Shown here: positions 47,318 to 55,510 of the stretch, in pieces
Layout: every line of letters begins with the position of its first letter
Numbering within the stretch: position 1 is the first letter of the stretch
Virus record (IMG/VR): IMGVR_UViG_3300020478_000010
Location: 1 to 55,641 of that record
Strand: one strand, 5' to 3'
DNA: 55,641 nt
Origin: a virus
Taxonomy: Duplodnaviria; Caudoviricetes
Notes under the pieces: model-generated
Seen by the model: the letters and a program-made list of their open reading frames with translations, nothing else
What the model was told of the DNA's origin: nothing
Databases searched by the model: none
Made by a program: the position numbers and the translations under genes

Positions 47318-48919
47318 TTAATATCCAAATATGTTATCTGCAGGTTGCCATTTTTGCATTGTTTTCTCAGGGTTGTAATCAAATATTGATTGTGACCTTG
47401 GTCTTGACATAACTCCATAACGTAAAGAGTCGTATAAATGGTCTTCTGCTTTTGTATCAACATCCTCTTTGTTTGTTTTATCAAGAGGTAATGTTGGTAG
47501 TTGTGCAATTAAATTAGTGCACGAACTAAATATTACGAGACCTGCTTCTTCTGTCTCTTCATCTACTTGCAGGCGTCTATGTATTTCGTTTTTACCTGCA
47601 ACACGTGACCCTCTGCTTCTGTCAGAAGGTCGCCATCGACAACCAGTAGCAATCATCTGTTCTGCTAATGATGGTCCTGTGTCCCCTCGTTTATGCCAAC
47701 AAGAGCTATCCAATACACCATAGCTAATCTGCCCATCATCTATTTCGTTTTCCAAGACAAGATACGCCAAATCTTTTGCAGTATATTTAGACACGTACAA
47801 CTCACGGTATACAATAAGCTGCTCATTAGCCGGATTAACTGCAAACCATAATACTCCACTGTACGAAGAATAACCGTAATCGCATGAACGAAACCTTCTC
47901 CAACTAGCTGGAATTGAATAATCATCCACCACATGGAATTTCCTATTAAACTCAGCAAACGCTGCACCTTCTGCAACATCCCAACTCCCTTCTAATAACT
48001 GTTTACGTTGCGTCTCTGGTAAAGAGAGCAACATGGCTTCATAATCCCCTGCGTTATACAAGTATGGATTATCAAGTAGTTTTGCCGGTATGAACCTTCT
48101 TTTAAAAAGGGGCATTCCTGCTCTGCTATGGGCTTTTGGGTATCTAAGTGTTTCACCCGTTGAAATATCTGTTGCCCAAAATGCTTTATTAGGTACAGAG
48201 GGGTCAATAAACATTTTTTTAACCCAACTGTGTCCCGGACCTCCGGGGTTTGTTGTGCCTCGCATGTAGACTGGTAATGAGGCATCTGCTGTTCTAAGAC
48301 GTGAACGTAAATAATCCCAAGCATAAGGTGTCGGATACTGTGTTAATTCATCAAAACCAATATATGTAAAAGCCTGACCTTGATAACGTAAAACATCTTT
48401 TTCTTGCTCCAAATAAGTCATCCATACACGTGCTCCCGAAGGGAACGTCCACTGACTTTTTCGTTCTTGCCATTTAGCACCCGGAAAAGCCCTTGGATAT
48501 ATTTCTTGAGATTTATGTATAATCTCTCTTAGTTCATCATTTGTACGTCTGAGTATCAATGCATTCGTTGCACCGTTACCACAATAACGTAAAGGGTCAA
48601 TAATTAAACTATAAGTCTTGCCCCCTCCAGCTGCCCCACCATATAATACTTCTCTTTCAGGCGCAGCTAAAAATTCTGTTTGTGGACCGGGATTAGGTTT
48701 AAATAATATTTCCTGTTCCGGTTGCTCACTTGTTGATGTAGCATCTGGTTTAAAATATGCTTCATCCTGAATTATATCATCTTTTGTTAGATTTTGCAAC
48801 TGTCGTTGCGTATGACGCAACTTCATTTTAGCAGACCTAACTTTTGTTCCTCGTGTGCTTTTAGGCTTCGACGCTGCTTTCAGCTTCGTACGAGGTGGTA
48901 TAGCGTTTTCGTTGACCAT
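47318..48919 (-). CDS. terL: Terminase large subunit
   Basis: Walker A YGGAAGGGKT, Walker B IGFDE, TTNPGG, nuclease DYGY and DHLYDSLRY. Confidence 0.95.
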   Translation of the reverse strand: MVNENAIPPRTKLKAASKPKSTRGTKVRSAKMKLRHTQRQLQNLTKDDIIQDEAYFKPDATSTSEQPEQEILFKPNPGPQTEFLAAPEREVLYGGAAGGGKTYSLIIDPLRYCGNGATNALILRRTNDELREIIHKSQEIYPRAFPGAKWQERKSQWTFPSGARVWMTYLEQEKDVLRYQGQAFTYIGFDELTQYPTPYAWDYLRSRLRTADASLPVYMRGTTNPGGPGHSWVKKMFIDPSVPNKAFWATDISTGETLRYPKAHSRAGMPLFKRRFIPAKLLDNPYLYNAGDYEAMLLSLPETQRKQLLEGSWDVAEGAAFAEFNRKFHVVDDYSIPASWRRFRSCDYGYSSYSGVLWFAVNPANEQLIVYRELYVSKYTAKDLAYLVLENEIDDGQISYGVLDSSCWHKRGDTGPSLAEQMIATGCRWRPSDRSRGSRVAGKNEIHRRLQVDEETEEAGLVIFSSCTNLIAQLPTLPLDKTNKEDVDTKAEDHLYDSLRYGVMSRPRSQSIFDYNPEKTMQKWQPADNIFGY

Positions 48920-49163
48920 CTCTTCTTCTGTTGGCTCTGTCTTTCTTTATACGTTTCCACAGACCCATAGAAGTAATCTTTCTTCCTGTATAATCTGTCA
49001 ACCATCTAGCTACTTCTTTGTAAGATGATTGTTTTAGATATTGTTCTGCCTGTTCCAGAGCGTCCAACTGCTCTTCAATAGGTTCTAAAACATAACTATT
49101 CTTGTCAGACTGCCTGTATCCCCAAGGAACAGTAGGTCCTTTTAAACTATTGTAGTGGTTCAT
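48861..49163 (-). CDS. Small HTH protein (recombinase DNA-binding-like)
   Basis: VPWGY...SYKEVARWL...GRKITSMGLWK. Confidence 0.65.
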   Translation of the reverse strand: MNHYNSLKGPTVPWGYRQSDKNSYVLEPIEEQLDALEQAEQYLKQSSYKEVARWLTDYTGRKITSMGLWKRIKKDRANRRRDGQRKRYTTSYEAESSVEA

Positions 49164-49530
49164 CTTCTTCTTTTTTTGCAGGTAAAACAAATAAACCAAC
49201 TGGCTTGTTTGTTTCTACATTTATCTTTTCTACCTTAGAAAGACCAACTCTGTCAAGGATTTGTTGTGATGCAAGTAATTTTTCTCTAGTTCCAATCTCT
49301 GTTGGGTCATCTAAAACACCTACCATTGACATTACAGCTTTAGGAGCATGTGCTGCCATTTCCAGTTCAGCACGTTCAATAATCTCCTGTCGTAATGATT
49401 GAATAATATGATGTGGATTAGTGTTTTCTGAATAACCTGCAAGACGCATGGCTTTAGCATAATTACCTTTTGCTTCTCCAAATAGATTGTTTAAAAAGTT
49501 TTGTTGTAATTCTGTTAATTCTTTACGCAC
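49147..49530 (-). CDS. terS: Terminase small subunit-like protein
   Basis: LTELQQNFL...AMRLAGYS HTH, ILDRVG; GTG start at 49530 proposed (track start 49566). Confidence 0.7.
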   Translation of the reverse strand: MRKELTELQQNFLNNLFGEAKGNYAKAMRLAGYSENTNPHHIIQSLRQEIIERAELEMAAHAPKAVMSMVGVLDDPTEIGTREKLLASQQILDRVGLSKVEKINVETNKPVGLFVLPAKKEEDEPLQ

Positions 49531-49777
49531 GTTTATTCTTCTTTCTTGCTGTTTTAGTTCTGGCAAAAGAACGATTATTACTCTTTGATTTTACAGACAA
49601 TTTTTTATTATTCATAGGATTGCCTGTTGTATGATGTACGTCTTTGCCATCACCTTTAGTTACCACTCCCCGTTTAGCCATAATAGCTCTAGCTTTATTA
49701 CGTGATGCCCTTCTCTTTACTTGTGTAGGACGTTTGTGATATCGGTCATATTCTTTTCTGTAATTACGTTTAGTCAT
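49523..49777 (-). CDS. HNH endonuclease
   Basis: RNYRKEY...GDGKDVHH...N...NRS. Confidence 0.75.
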   Translation of the reverse strand: MTKRNYRKEYDRYHKRPTQVKRRASRNKARAIMAKRGVVTKGDGKDVHHTTGNPMNNKKLSVKSKSNNRSFARTKTARKKNKRA

Positions 49778-50049
49778 TTCTTTTTTCGTACTTGTTTACG
49801 CTTGCGTCCAGAGGGTGATACGGACCATTTAATACTGGTGGGTTTTCCTCCGGGATTTCCAGCTTTTCGTTTCTTACGGACGGCTGCAGATTTTTGTCCT
49901 TTGGACATCTTGTCCGCAACTGCTTTCGGACGACACGCTGGATATTTTCTTTTTGATTTACCAGCCGATTTACGCCCACATGGTTTCCCTGTTGCTACGT
50001 CTCGCCAATCTTCTTTGAACCATTTTCGTAGTCCACCTTTGTATGCCAT
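49774..50049 (-). CDS. Small basic protein
   Basis: GGLRKWFKEDWRDV...CGR...YPACRP; very K/R-rich. Confidence 0.7.
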   Translation of the reverse strand: MAYKGGLRKWFKEDWRDVATGKPCGRKSAGKSKRKYPACRPKAVADKMSKGQKSAAVRKKRKAGNPGGKPTSIKWSVSPSGRKRKQVRKKK

Positions 50050-50055
50050 TTATGC

Positions 50056-50370
50056 TCACTTTCTAAATTGGTCTTTTATACTTTTAATTACACTTTTTAA
50101 ATCAAAAGGTTTTTCATTTGGTCTGTACGGACATTGATATTCTCTTGGGCATTCTCCTGCATCATAAGGTACATACTCTCTGTACTGTGTATGATTTGCT
50201 CCAACGAATATACAGATTCTAGTATCTCCTTCTAGCAAATGGCTTGCCAATCGGCAAGTTGTCATTTTACTTTCTTCGCCTCTTGCTTTATTTACTCCTG
50301 CAAAAATATAACATATAAAAGCAAGAGCAAGCAATGTTAAATAGAAAGACTTATTATCCATATCATCCAC
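50056..50370 (-). CDS. Signal-anchored Cys-containing protein
   Basis: N-terminal TM, TCRL...CIF...CPREYQC. Confidence 0.6.
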   Translation of the reverse strand: MDDMDNKSFYLTLLALAFICYIFAGVNKARGEESKMTTCRLASHLLEGDTRICIFVGANHTQYREYVPYDAGECPREYQCPYRPNEKPFDLKSVIKSIKDQFRK

Positions 50371-50816
50371 CCTATTGCACTAGCCCCTATTAAACAGGCT
50401 ATACCAATAATGGTGTAATCTCGTATCTGTCTACTTTTTTCTTGTCTAGCATATACGGCTTCCCTTCTAGCTTTTCGTATACGCCCTTCTTCCCGTATCA
50501 GGTCGTCCCATGCCTGAACGCCATAATGTGCAATTAGAAAATTTTTTAATTCTTCTCTTTGTTTAGCAAGTTTCTTTTTACTAGCAAAACTTTCTATTGC
50601 AACTTGTTCAATCGAACCATTAAACAGCTTATCTAAAGTTGATGGATTGTTAGAAGTCCTGTGTATATTATCAACATCACTAACTGCTGACATCCAACGA
50701 CCCAGTTCACCTGACAAATCTTCAATCTCTTTGCCTAAATATATGGCTTTTTTTATGCCGTTATAAGCAGCTGTTGCCCCACTGACAGCAGCTGACAAAG
50801 TTATTGGGTCTAACAT
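50337..50816 (-). CDS. Coiled-coil protein with C-terminal TM segment
   Basis: MLDPITL start; C-terminal hydrophobic helix. Confidence 0.65.
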   Translation of the reverse strand: MLDPITLSAAVSGATAAYNGIKKAIYLGKEIEDLSGELGRWMSAVSDVDNIHRTSNNPSTLDKLFNGSIEQVAIESFASKKKLAKQREELKNFLIAHYGVQAWDDLIREEGRIRKARREAVYARQEKSRQIRDYTIIGIACLIGASAIGWMIWIISLSI

Positions 50817-50823
50817 ATTTTTA

Positions 50824-51006
50824 TTATTTATCTCTAGGTAAACAAACTGCAACTATTTTATGTTTTGTCTTGCCGTCGTTGCTAGGGACAAGAGGCTGGT
50901 TATTTATCCTTTCTGCAAAATATTTACAATCGTTAACATTTGCAAATGCTTGAGTGTTGTTTTGAATTACTGTGCCAATGTAAACATATAGCACAAATTC
51001 AATCAT
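50824..51006 (-). CDS. Small hypothetical protein
   Basis: 60 aa, C...AVCLP pattern. Confidence 0.55.
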   Translation of the reverse strand: MIEFVLYVYIGTVIQNNTQAFANVNDCKYFAERINNQPLVPSNDGKTKHKIVAVCLPRDK

Positions 51007-51179
51007 GACGAACGCCAGCCACCACCCATTGCTTTATATCGTTTTGCAGCAAAAGCATTTGCGTAAGCCGAAGGATATACCTTAAACTTACGCTTTGCTT
51101 CAGCTTTTGCTTTTGACCATAAAGCTGGCTTAGTAGGTTTTGGCTTAGACGAAGATTTTTTCTTCTTCTTTGCTGCCAT
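51003..51179 (-). CDS. Small basic protein (58 aa, below track cutoff)
   Basis: MAAKKKKKSSSKPKPTKPALWSKAKAEAKRKFKVYPSAYANAFAAKRYKAMGGGWRSS; coupled on both sides. Confidence 0.75.
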   Translation of the reverse strand: MAAKKKKKSSSKPKPTKPALWSKAKAEAKRKFKVYPSAYANAFAAKRYKAMGGGWRSS

Positions 51180-51367
51180 TACACTTTAACCAATTTATAG
51201 CCTTTAGCTTTAGCCATTGACCTAATCTGTGCCAATGTCATTGCTTTTTTAGAACCGCCTCTAGCCATTCCTTTTGACTTCATTCCGCCTCTAGCATAGC
51301 CTTTGGATTTCATTTTTGCTCCACCTCTTGCCATACCTTTAGCTTTTTTCTTACCATGCATTGCCAT
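51179..51367 (-). CDS. Small basic protein with three KG(M/Y)ARGG repeats
   Basis: ATG at 51367 after AGGAG SD; 62 aa. Confidence 0.75.
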   Translation of the reverse strand: MAMHGKKKAKGMARGGAKMKSKGYARGGMKSKGMARGGSKKAMTLAQIRSMAKAKGYKLVKV

Positions 51368-51368
51368 A

Positions 51369-52034
51369 TTATTTCTCCTTAGCATATAAATTGTTAAATA
51401 CTCTAGCAGTGTCCTCAACATAGTTGGGGTCTTGCTTTGAGTGATGAGTCCATTGACTCGGTACAAAATCAGGTGGACCTTCACCTGTTACAAACCATGC
51501 AGGATTTGTCACCCTTACACGATTATTCGGTAACGCTACTATGTTACCTGTCCATTTTCCTGCATCCATTAATTCTAACACATGACTCTGTTTGTGTTGT
51601 GCAGGGTCATCAGCTACTTCAGTATCCGTATAGTCAATAGTAAAATAATACTTTGCCGGATAAAACTGGTTATCTATTTTTGCCTGCCAAGGACAAGGCG
51701 TTGCTCTATTCAATACAAAAACCGAATGATGGTGCGATTGGCAATCCCAAGGCTGAGCCAAATATGTAGGCAAAGGTTCTGCCCATTCATCATATGGTGT
51801 ATCTCCTACAAGGGCAGTTAGTGGCATTCTCGCCCACATAGCACCCCCGTGTACATTCTCTTCTTCATCGCAACCTGTAAACAATATCTGAAAACTTAAT
51901 GTTTTCATTGGTAAGGTTGTTACTGCTACAGCCATACCATGTAAAAACTCGCCATGGTATCGCTGAAAATTGGTCGTATATTCTCTACGAACCCATACCT
52001 TAAAATAAGGTATGTTACTTGTTATATAGTTCAT
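51369..52034 (-). CDS. Conserved marine phage protein
   Basis: 221 aa; GGAMWARMP, QPWDC, HKQSH, ALPNNR. Confidence 0.7.
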   Translation of the reverse strand: MNYITSNIPYFKVWVRREYTTNFQRYHGEFLHGMAVAVTTLPMKTLSFQILFTGCDEEENVHGGAMWARMPLTALVGDTPYDEWAEPLPTYLAQPWDCQSHHHSVFVLNRATPCPWQAKIDNQFYPAKYYFTIDYTDTEVADDPAQHKQSHVLELMDAGKWTGNIVALPNNRVRVTNPAWFVTGEGPPDFVPSQWTHHSKQDPNYVEDTARVFNNLYAKEK

Positions 52035-52331
52035 TTATTTCTTCTTACGTTTAGTTATCCGTTTTTGTTGTTCAATAAATGCTCTATAAATGCGAGCTGC
52101 ACCAGTTTTGCCAGCAACTCTCGCTCTTTGTTCCATTGCAATAGCAGCCTGCGTTTTATGAGCATGGCTCCTATTTGACCTTTTAATTTTAGCTACTGAT
52201 GCTTTAGCGTCAGCGGCTGTAGTAAATTTTAATCCCCTAATTGTACCTTTAGGGTTTTCATCAGTATATAGGTCGCTATGTTTCTTTGACCTTGCGGGCT
52301 GCCCCTTTTTCCTTGGTATTCGACGAGCCAC
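52035..52331 (-). CDS. Small basic protein
   Basis: LYTDENPKGTI...MEQRA; K/R-rich. Confidence 0.7.
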   Translation of the reverse strand: MARRIPRKKGQPARSKKHSDLYTDENPKGTIRGLKFTTAADAKASVAKIKRSNRSHAHKTQAAIAMEQRARVAGKTGAARIYRAFIEQQKRITKRKKK

Positions 52332-52684
52332 TATTTATTTCTTTGGGCTGCCATAGATTTTTCAATAGCTTTCTGTCTAACTTTTTCATAGCCTGACATT
52401 TTGCCATCTTTATTTAAATCACCTAATTGTCCTCCTTTTTTTAATCTAGGCACATTAGTCTTTAATTCCATAACATGTGGTGTTTTCTTTTTTGCAACTT
52501 TTTTCTTTTTCTTTTTAGGTAAAGTTGTTTTACCACGTTTGTTTTTCAAATCTCTATCTGATTGTGCACTTAACAAATATTCATCTAAACTCATATAATC
52601 ATCTCTTCCTAGATTAAAATAGTTTTCTCGTTTCATTTGTTCAACGTCAACAACCTCTGGTTTAATATCGCTATCTTCAGCCAT
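52331..52684 (-). CDS. Small protein with KKGG and EF-hand-like loop
   Basis: RLKKGG followed by DLNKDGKMSGYE. Confidence 0.6.
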   Translation of the reverse strand: MAEDSDIKPEVVDVEQMKRENYFNLGRDDYMSLDEYLLSAQSDRDLKNKRGKTTLPKKKKKKVAKKKTPHVMELKTNVPRLKKGGQLGDLNKDGKMSGYEKVRQKAIEKSMAAQRNK

Positions 52685-53135
52685 GTAATGGTACTCCCTT
52701 CATTCTATGAATTAGTCTATCTGCTCTATTGGTTACTTGTTTGTACCATCTAGAATCCTGCATTTGATTTCCGGCTTCAATCCACTCGCCATCTCTAACA
52801 GCCTGTATCATTTTTTTAAATTTGGAAAATCTTGGATAACCGAGATTGAACATCATATTTGCCATGATTAATCTTACTTGCTCAGGCATAGCCTCCCAGT
52901 CATCAAATATCTTTTTACAATCCGTTATAGTCGTTCGTATATCCTGCTCAAAACATTCAAGCACCCGTTCTTTGCTAACGGCTGTTCCAATAGGTTTGTT
53001 ATACTCCGGGTCAGTGCCTTTGACCAAGTGCCCGATACCAAAAGTGGGTAAACCAAGATGGTCCAAATACGTTTCATATTTACATCCCTCATCAATCTCA
53101 AGTTCTTTTTGCAGTCGTTCAACAAAATATTCCAT
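52677..53135 (-). CDS. Endolysin, T4-lysozyme-like (GH24)
   Basis: DEG...YLDHLGLPTFGIGHL; MMFNLG; DSRWYKQV.NRA. Confidence 0.9.
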   Translation of the reverse strand: MEYFVERLQKELEIDEGCKYETYLDHLGLPTFGIGHLVKGTDPEYNKPIGTAVSKERVLECFEQDIRTTITDCKKIFDDWEAMPEQVRLIMANMMFNLGYPRFSKFKKMIQAVRDGEWIEAGNQMQDSRWYKQVTNRADRLIHRMKGVPLHG

Positions 53136-53149
53136 TATTTAAATAATCC

Positions 53150-53392
53150 TCACTTTTTATTATGTAATTGAAATAAAGATTCTATTTTTTTCTCTGTTTC
53201 CTTTACAGCACTTTCAGTTCTTACAGAACTTACAAAGTTGTTTTGTATTTTTTCATTTGCACTTTTACAGTCTTCTTCTAACTTATCTACATCTTTTCTT
53301 AACGTGGTTACTTCAGTGTGTAATTTAACAGCTACAACTAAAGCCCCTAAGAAAAAAACTAATTGTTCCCAATACTGTAGTATCCCTTCCAT
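53150..53392 (-). CDS. Membrane-anchored coiled-coil protein (spanin/holin-associated?)
   Basis: N-terminal TM plus coiled coil, next to the endolysin. Confidence 0.55.
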   Translation of the reverse strand: MEGILQYWEQLVFFLGALVVAVKLHTEVTTLRKDVDKLEEDCKSANEKIQNNFVSSVRTESAVKETEKKIESLFQLHNKK

Positions 53393-53399
53393 ATAATCA

Positions 53400-53570
53400 T
53401 CAATGTATCTTTTCTTTTTTAATTTTTTTAATAAGCTTATAATAAGCTTCTGTTATGTGTTTTAAATCGTCTTTTAATAGTAGTATCATCTGTTGTGCAG
53501 CTAAAAGTTCTCTACGTAAGGCTTCCTCAAAAGTATCTTCGTGATTATCCCATCCGTTACCTTTAAGCAT
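53400..53570 (-). CDS. Small hypothetical protein (56 aa, below track cutoff)
   Basis: MLKGNGWDNHEDTFEEALRRELL...; TAATG-coupled to the upstream gene. Confidence 0.55.
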   Translation of the reverse strand: MLKGNGWDNHEDTFEEALRRELLAAQQMILLLKDDLKHITEAYYKLIKKIKKEKIH

Positions 53571-53860
53571 TATTTCTTTCCACTCAAGGCACTAAAACCA
53601 AAATAAGCCCCTAATAGTCCACACATTGAAAGATACTGGGTCATTAAAATGCTTTCTGCCTCTGCCATTCTGGTAGGGTCGTAAATTGTAGCAACAGTAG
53701 TGAAAAGCATCATAGCCAATAAAATCCAAGCCATCCTCCGTTTGTTTGTTTGATAAGTCAACTTATCAGGTACTAAGTCAGTGCTGGACTTATCTGTATT
53801 TATATACTGCAAATCATTATTGCAAGTACACTTTTTATTTTCGCCACACTTGCAGGTCAT
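53570..53860 (-). CDS. Holin-like membrane protein (2 TM)
   Basis: RRMAW + TM, TM ending GAYFGFS. Confidence 0.6.
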   Translation of the reverse strand: MTCKCGENKKCTCNNDLQYINTDKSSTDLVPDKLTYQTNKRRMAWILLAMMLFTTVATIYDPTRMAEAESILMTQYLSMCGLLGAYFGFSALSGKK

Positions 53861-54240
53861 TATTTCTTTTTAAACTTATCTAAGCCACGAATACCCAATG
53901 CTGCTGAAACAGTTAAAAATAATAAATAGGTATACCACTCAGGTAACTCATTTAGTCTTGCAAAACCATTTTTTACAACATCTTCCATTCCCGGAATAAA
54001 AACTAACACAGTCGGTATTAGAATAACAATAGTAACCAGCTCGTCTTTCCACGAGTTCTGTGTACCCTGCGCCATAATAATTTCCCATTTTGAATCATGG
54101 GTTGCGGCAGTTCTCATTATCTCTGCTTCTGCAGCAGCTTTTGTTTGTGCTAAAGTAGCTTTAGCTTTCTGCTTTTCTATCTGTCCTTGCATAAATGAAC
54201 CAGCGAGTTCGCTTATTGGTCCTATCAAAGCTTGAAACAT
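53860..54240 (-). CDS. Holin-like protein (GTA/3TM holin-like)
   Basis: SWKDELVTIV...LPEWY...ALGIRG. Confidence 0.65.
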   Translation of the reverse strand: MFQALIGPISELAGSFMQGQIEKQKAKATLAQTKAAAEAEIMRTAATHDSKWEIIMAQGTQNSWKDELVTIVILIPTVLVFIPGMEDVVKNGFARLNELPEWYTYLLFLTVSAALGIRGLDKFKKK

Positions 54241-54449
54241 TACGTATTCTCTCCTGTAGGGCTACCTATATATACACAAGTACTATATCCATTTAAGTAT
54301 TGAGGGTCTTGCGTTATTTTATTTCTTGCATGCTCTATATAGGTGTAGCATTTCTCTGATGATGAAAAGGGAAAATTAACCATTGGAAAATTTACCCATG
54401 TCGCACTTTCACCAAGTGCCCATAATATTGTTATAACTGGTATCCACAT
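54240..54449 (-). CDS. Small hypothetical protein
   Basis: 69 aa, hydrophobic N-terminus, two Cys. Confidence 0.55.
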   Translation of the reverse strand: MWIPVITILWALGESATWVNFPMVNFPFSSSEKCYTYIEHARNKITQDPQYLNGYSTCVYIGSPTGENT

Positions 54450-54734
54450 TTAACACTTCCATCTTCTCCTAGCCTGTCTTAAACGACTGTTAGGATTTTT
54501 TGCGGCTTTTGGAAACTTTTTCATCTGTCCTGCACTTCTTGCACAAAACGATTTACGTCTCTTTGCTGCTTTGCTTCCTTTTTTAACTTTACCAGTTACT
54601 GCTGTCTTTAATTTACTACCCGGGTTCTCTCGTCTATATCTTTCTACGCCAGCTTTAGTCATGCCAGCACCAGATTTAGTAGAACGAAAGTATTTTTTTG
54701 TTTTTGGGGGCTGTTTATCTCTTTTTCGTGCCAT
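54450..54734 (-). CDS. Small basic protein
   Basis: GAGMTKAG...NPGSKL...RRKSFCARS...ARRRWKC. Confidence 0.75.
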   Translation of the reverse strand: MARKRDKQPPKTKKYFRSTKSGAGMTKAGVERYRRENPGSKLKTAVTGKVKKGSKAAKRRKSFCARSAGQMKKFPKAAKNPNSRLRQARRRWKC

Positions 54735-54861
54735 ATTATCTCATTATATTAATTAAGGACGGAATCCATTGGTATAACTCCGTCCTTTGTACGTTAGATT
54801 GGCTGTAGCGAACCCCTCAAGTATAAGTACAGCTTCTTTACGCTTGTGGTAGGGCAGGTTT

Positions 54862-55065
54862 TCACCTGACATACTCAGACAATCCCTCTGCTACCAATGC
54901 TTTTTCAATGTCCTCAACGCTGAAGTCCTGTCCAGTACGTTCTCTTAAAGCCGCACGTATATAATATACATGATGGCTTGGTATATGCGTTGTAAAACGT
55001 CCCTTTTCTTCGTATTCGGCACTAATTTGCTCTAATAATGAGTTAAATTGACGTTTTTTTCTCAT
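54862..55065 (-). CDS. Small hypothetical protein (first gene of the - arm)
   Basis: HIPSHHVYYIRAALRERTG; ATG at 55065 lies 10 nt after a TG-T-TATAAT extended -10 (55083-55075). Confidence 0.6.
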   Translation of the reverse strand: MRKKRQFNSLLEQISAEYEEKGRFTTHIPSHHVYYIRAALRERTGQDFSVEDIEKALVAEGLSEYVR

Positions 55066-55143
55066 GGTATACATATTATAACACAAAAATAGAGATTTAG
55101 GAAGGGATAAGTTGTCAAGAAAAATTTATTTTTATTTAGGGGG

Positions 55144-55172
55144 TTGACAAGAGTCAAAAAATACGGTAAAAA
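55144..55172 (+). promoter_or_regulatory. Sigma70-type promoter for the ArfA-like ORF
   Basis: TTGACA-N17-TAAAAA. Confidence 0.55.
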
Positions 55173-55219
55173 GTGCTTGTTTTTCTTTTTTCCCTTTTTT
55201 TCTTTTTCAGGAACAACTA

Positions 55220-55387
55220 ATGGTAAGTAGCCGAACTCGTAAAAGAAACCCTGTTGCGGCATCCGTACGCAAATTCAGACCTAAAATAATACCCAACAAG
55301 AAAAAAGTAGTGCCCCGAAAGGCTAAACACAAGCTGGTTTACAATGCCAGCTTTTTTTATGCCCAATATCCTAGCTACTGTAAGTAG
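55220..55387 (+). CDS. ArfA-like small basic protein (55 aa, below track cutoff)
   Basis: MVSSRTRKRNPVAASVRKFRPKIIPNKKKVVPRKAKHK...; AGGA SD; resembles the ArfA core N-A...FR..V..NKK....RKGKH. Confidence 0.55.
   Translation: MVSSRTRKRNPVAASVRKFRPKIIPNKKKVVPRKAKHKLVYNASFFYAQYPSYCK
55331..55358 (+). terminator. Intrinsic terminator inside the ArfA-like ORF
   Basis: AAGCTGGT-loop-GCCAGCTT with T7 run at 55352-55358, upstream of the TAG at 55385. Confidence 0.65.
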
Positions 55388-55497
55388 CCGCACTCTGGTT
55401 TACAAACCCATACCCCAAAATTATGCAGGAGTCAAGCACATATAACGTGTAGGGGTGGGGTGGGTCATGCGTATGCCTATGCTAAAATATGTAATAA

Positions 55498-55510
55498 AAT
55501 CAATGACTTA
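55498..55510 (+). promoter_or_regulatory. IHF-consensus site
   Basis: AATCAA-TGAC-TTA matches WATCAANNNNTTR, with AT-rich 5' flank. Confidence 0.45.

Noticed and set aside
47299-48324. Alternate-frame - strand ORFs within terL (47299..47508, 47740..47979, 47992..48324)
   Set aside because: Nested in the intact terminase gene with no supporting signals
55062-55262. 66-aa - strand ORF
   Set aside because: Runs through promoter and poly-T tracts and lies opposite the better supported + strand ArfA-like ORF
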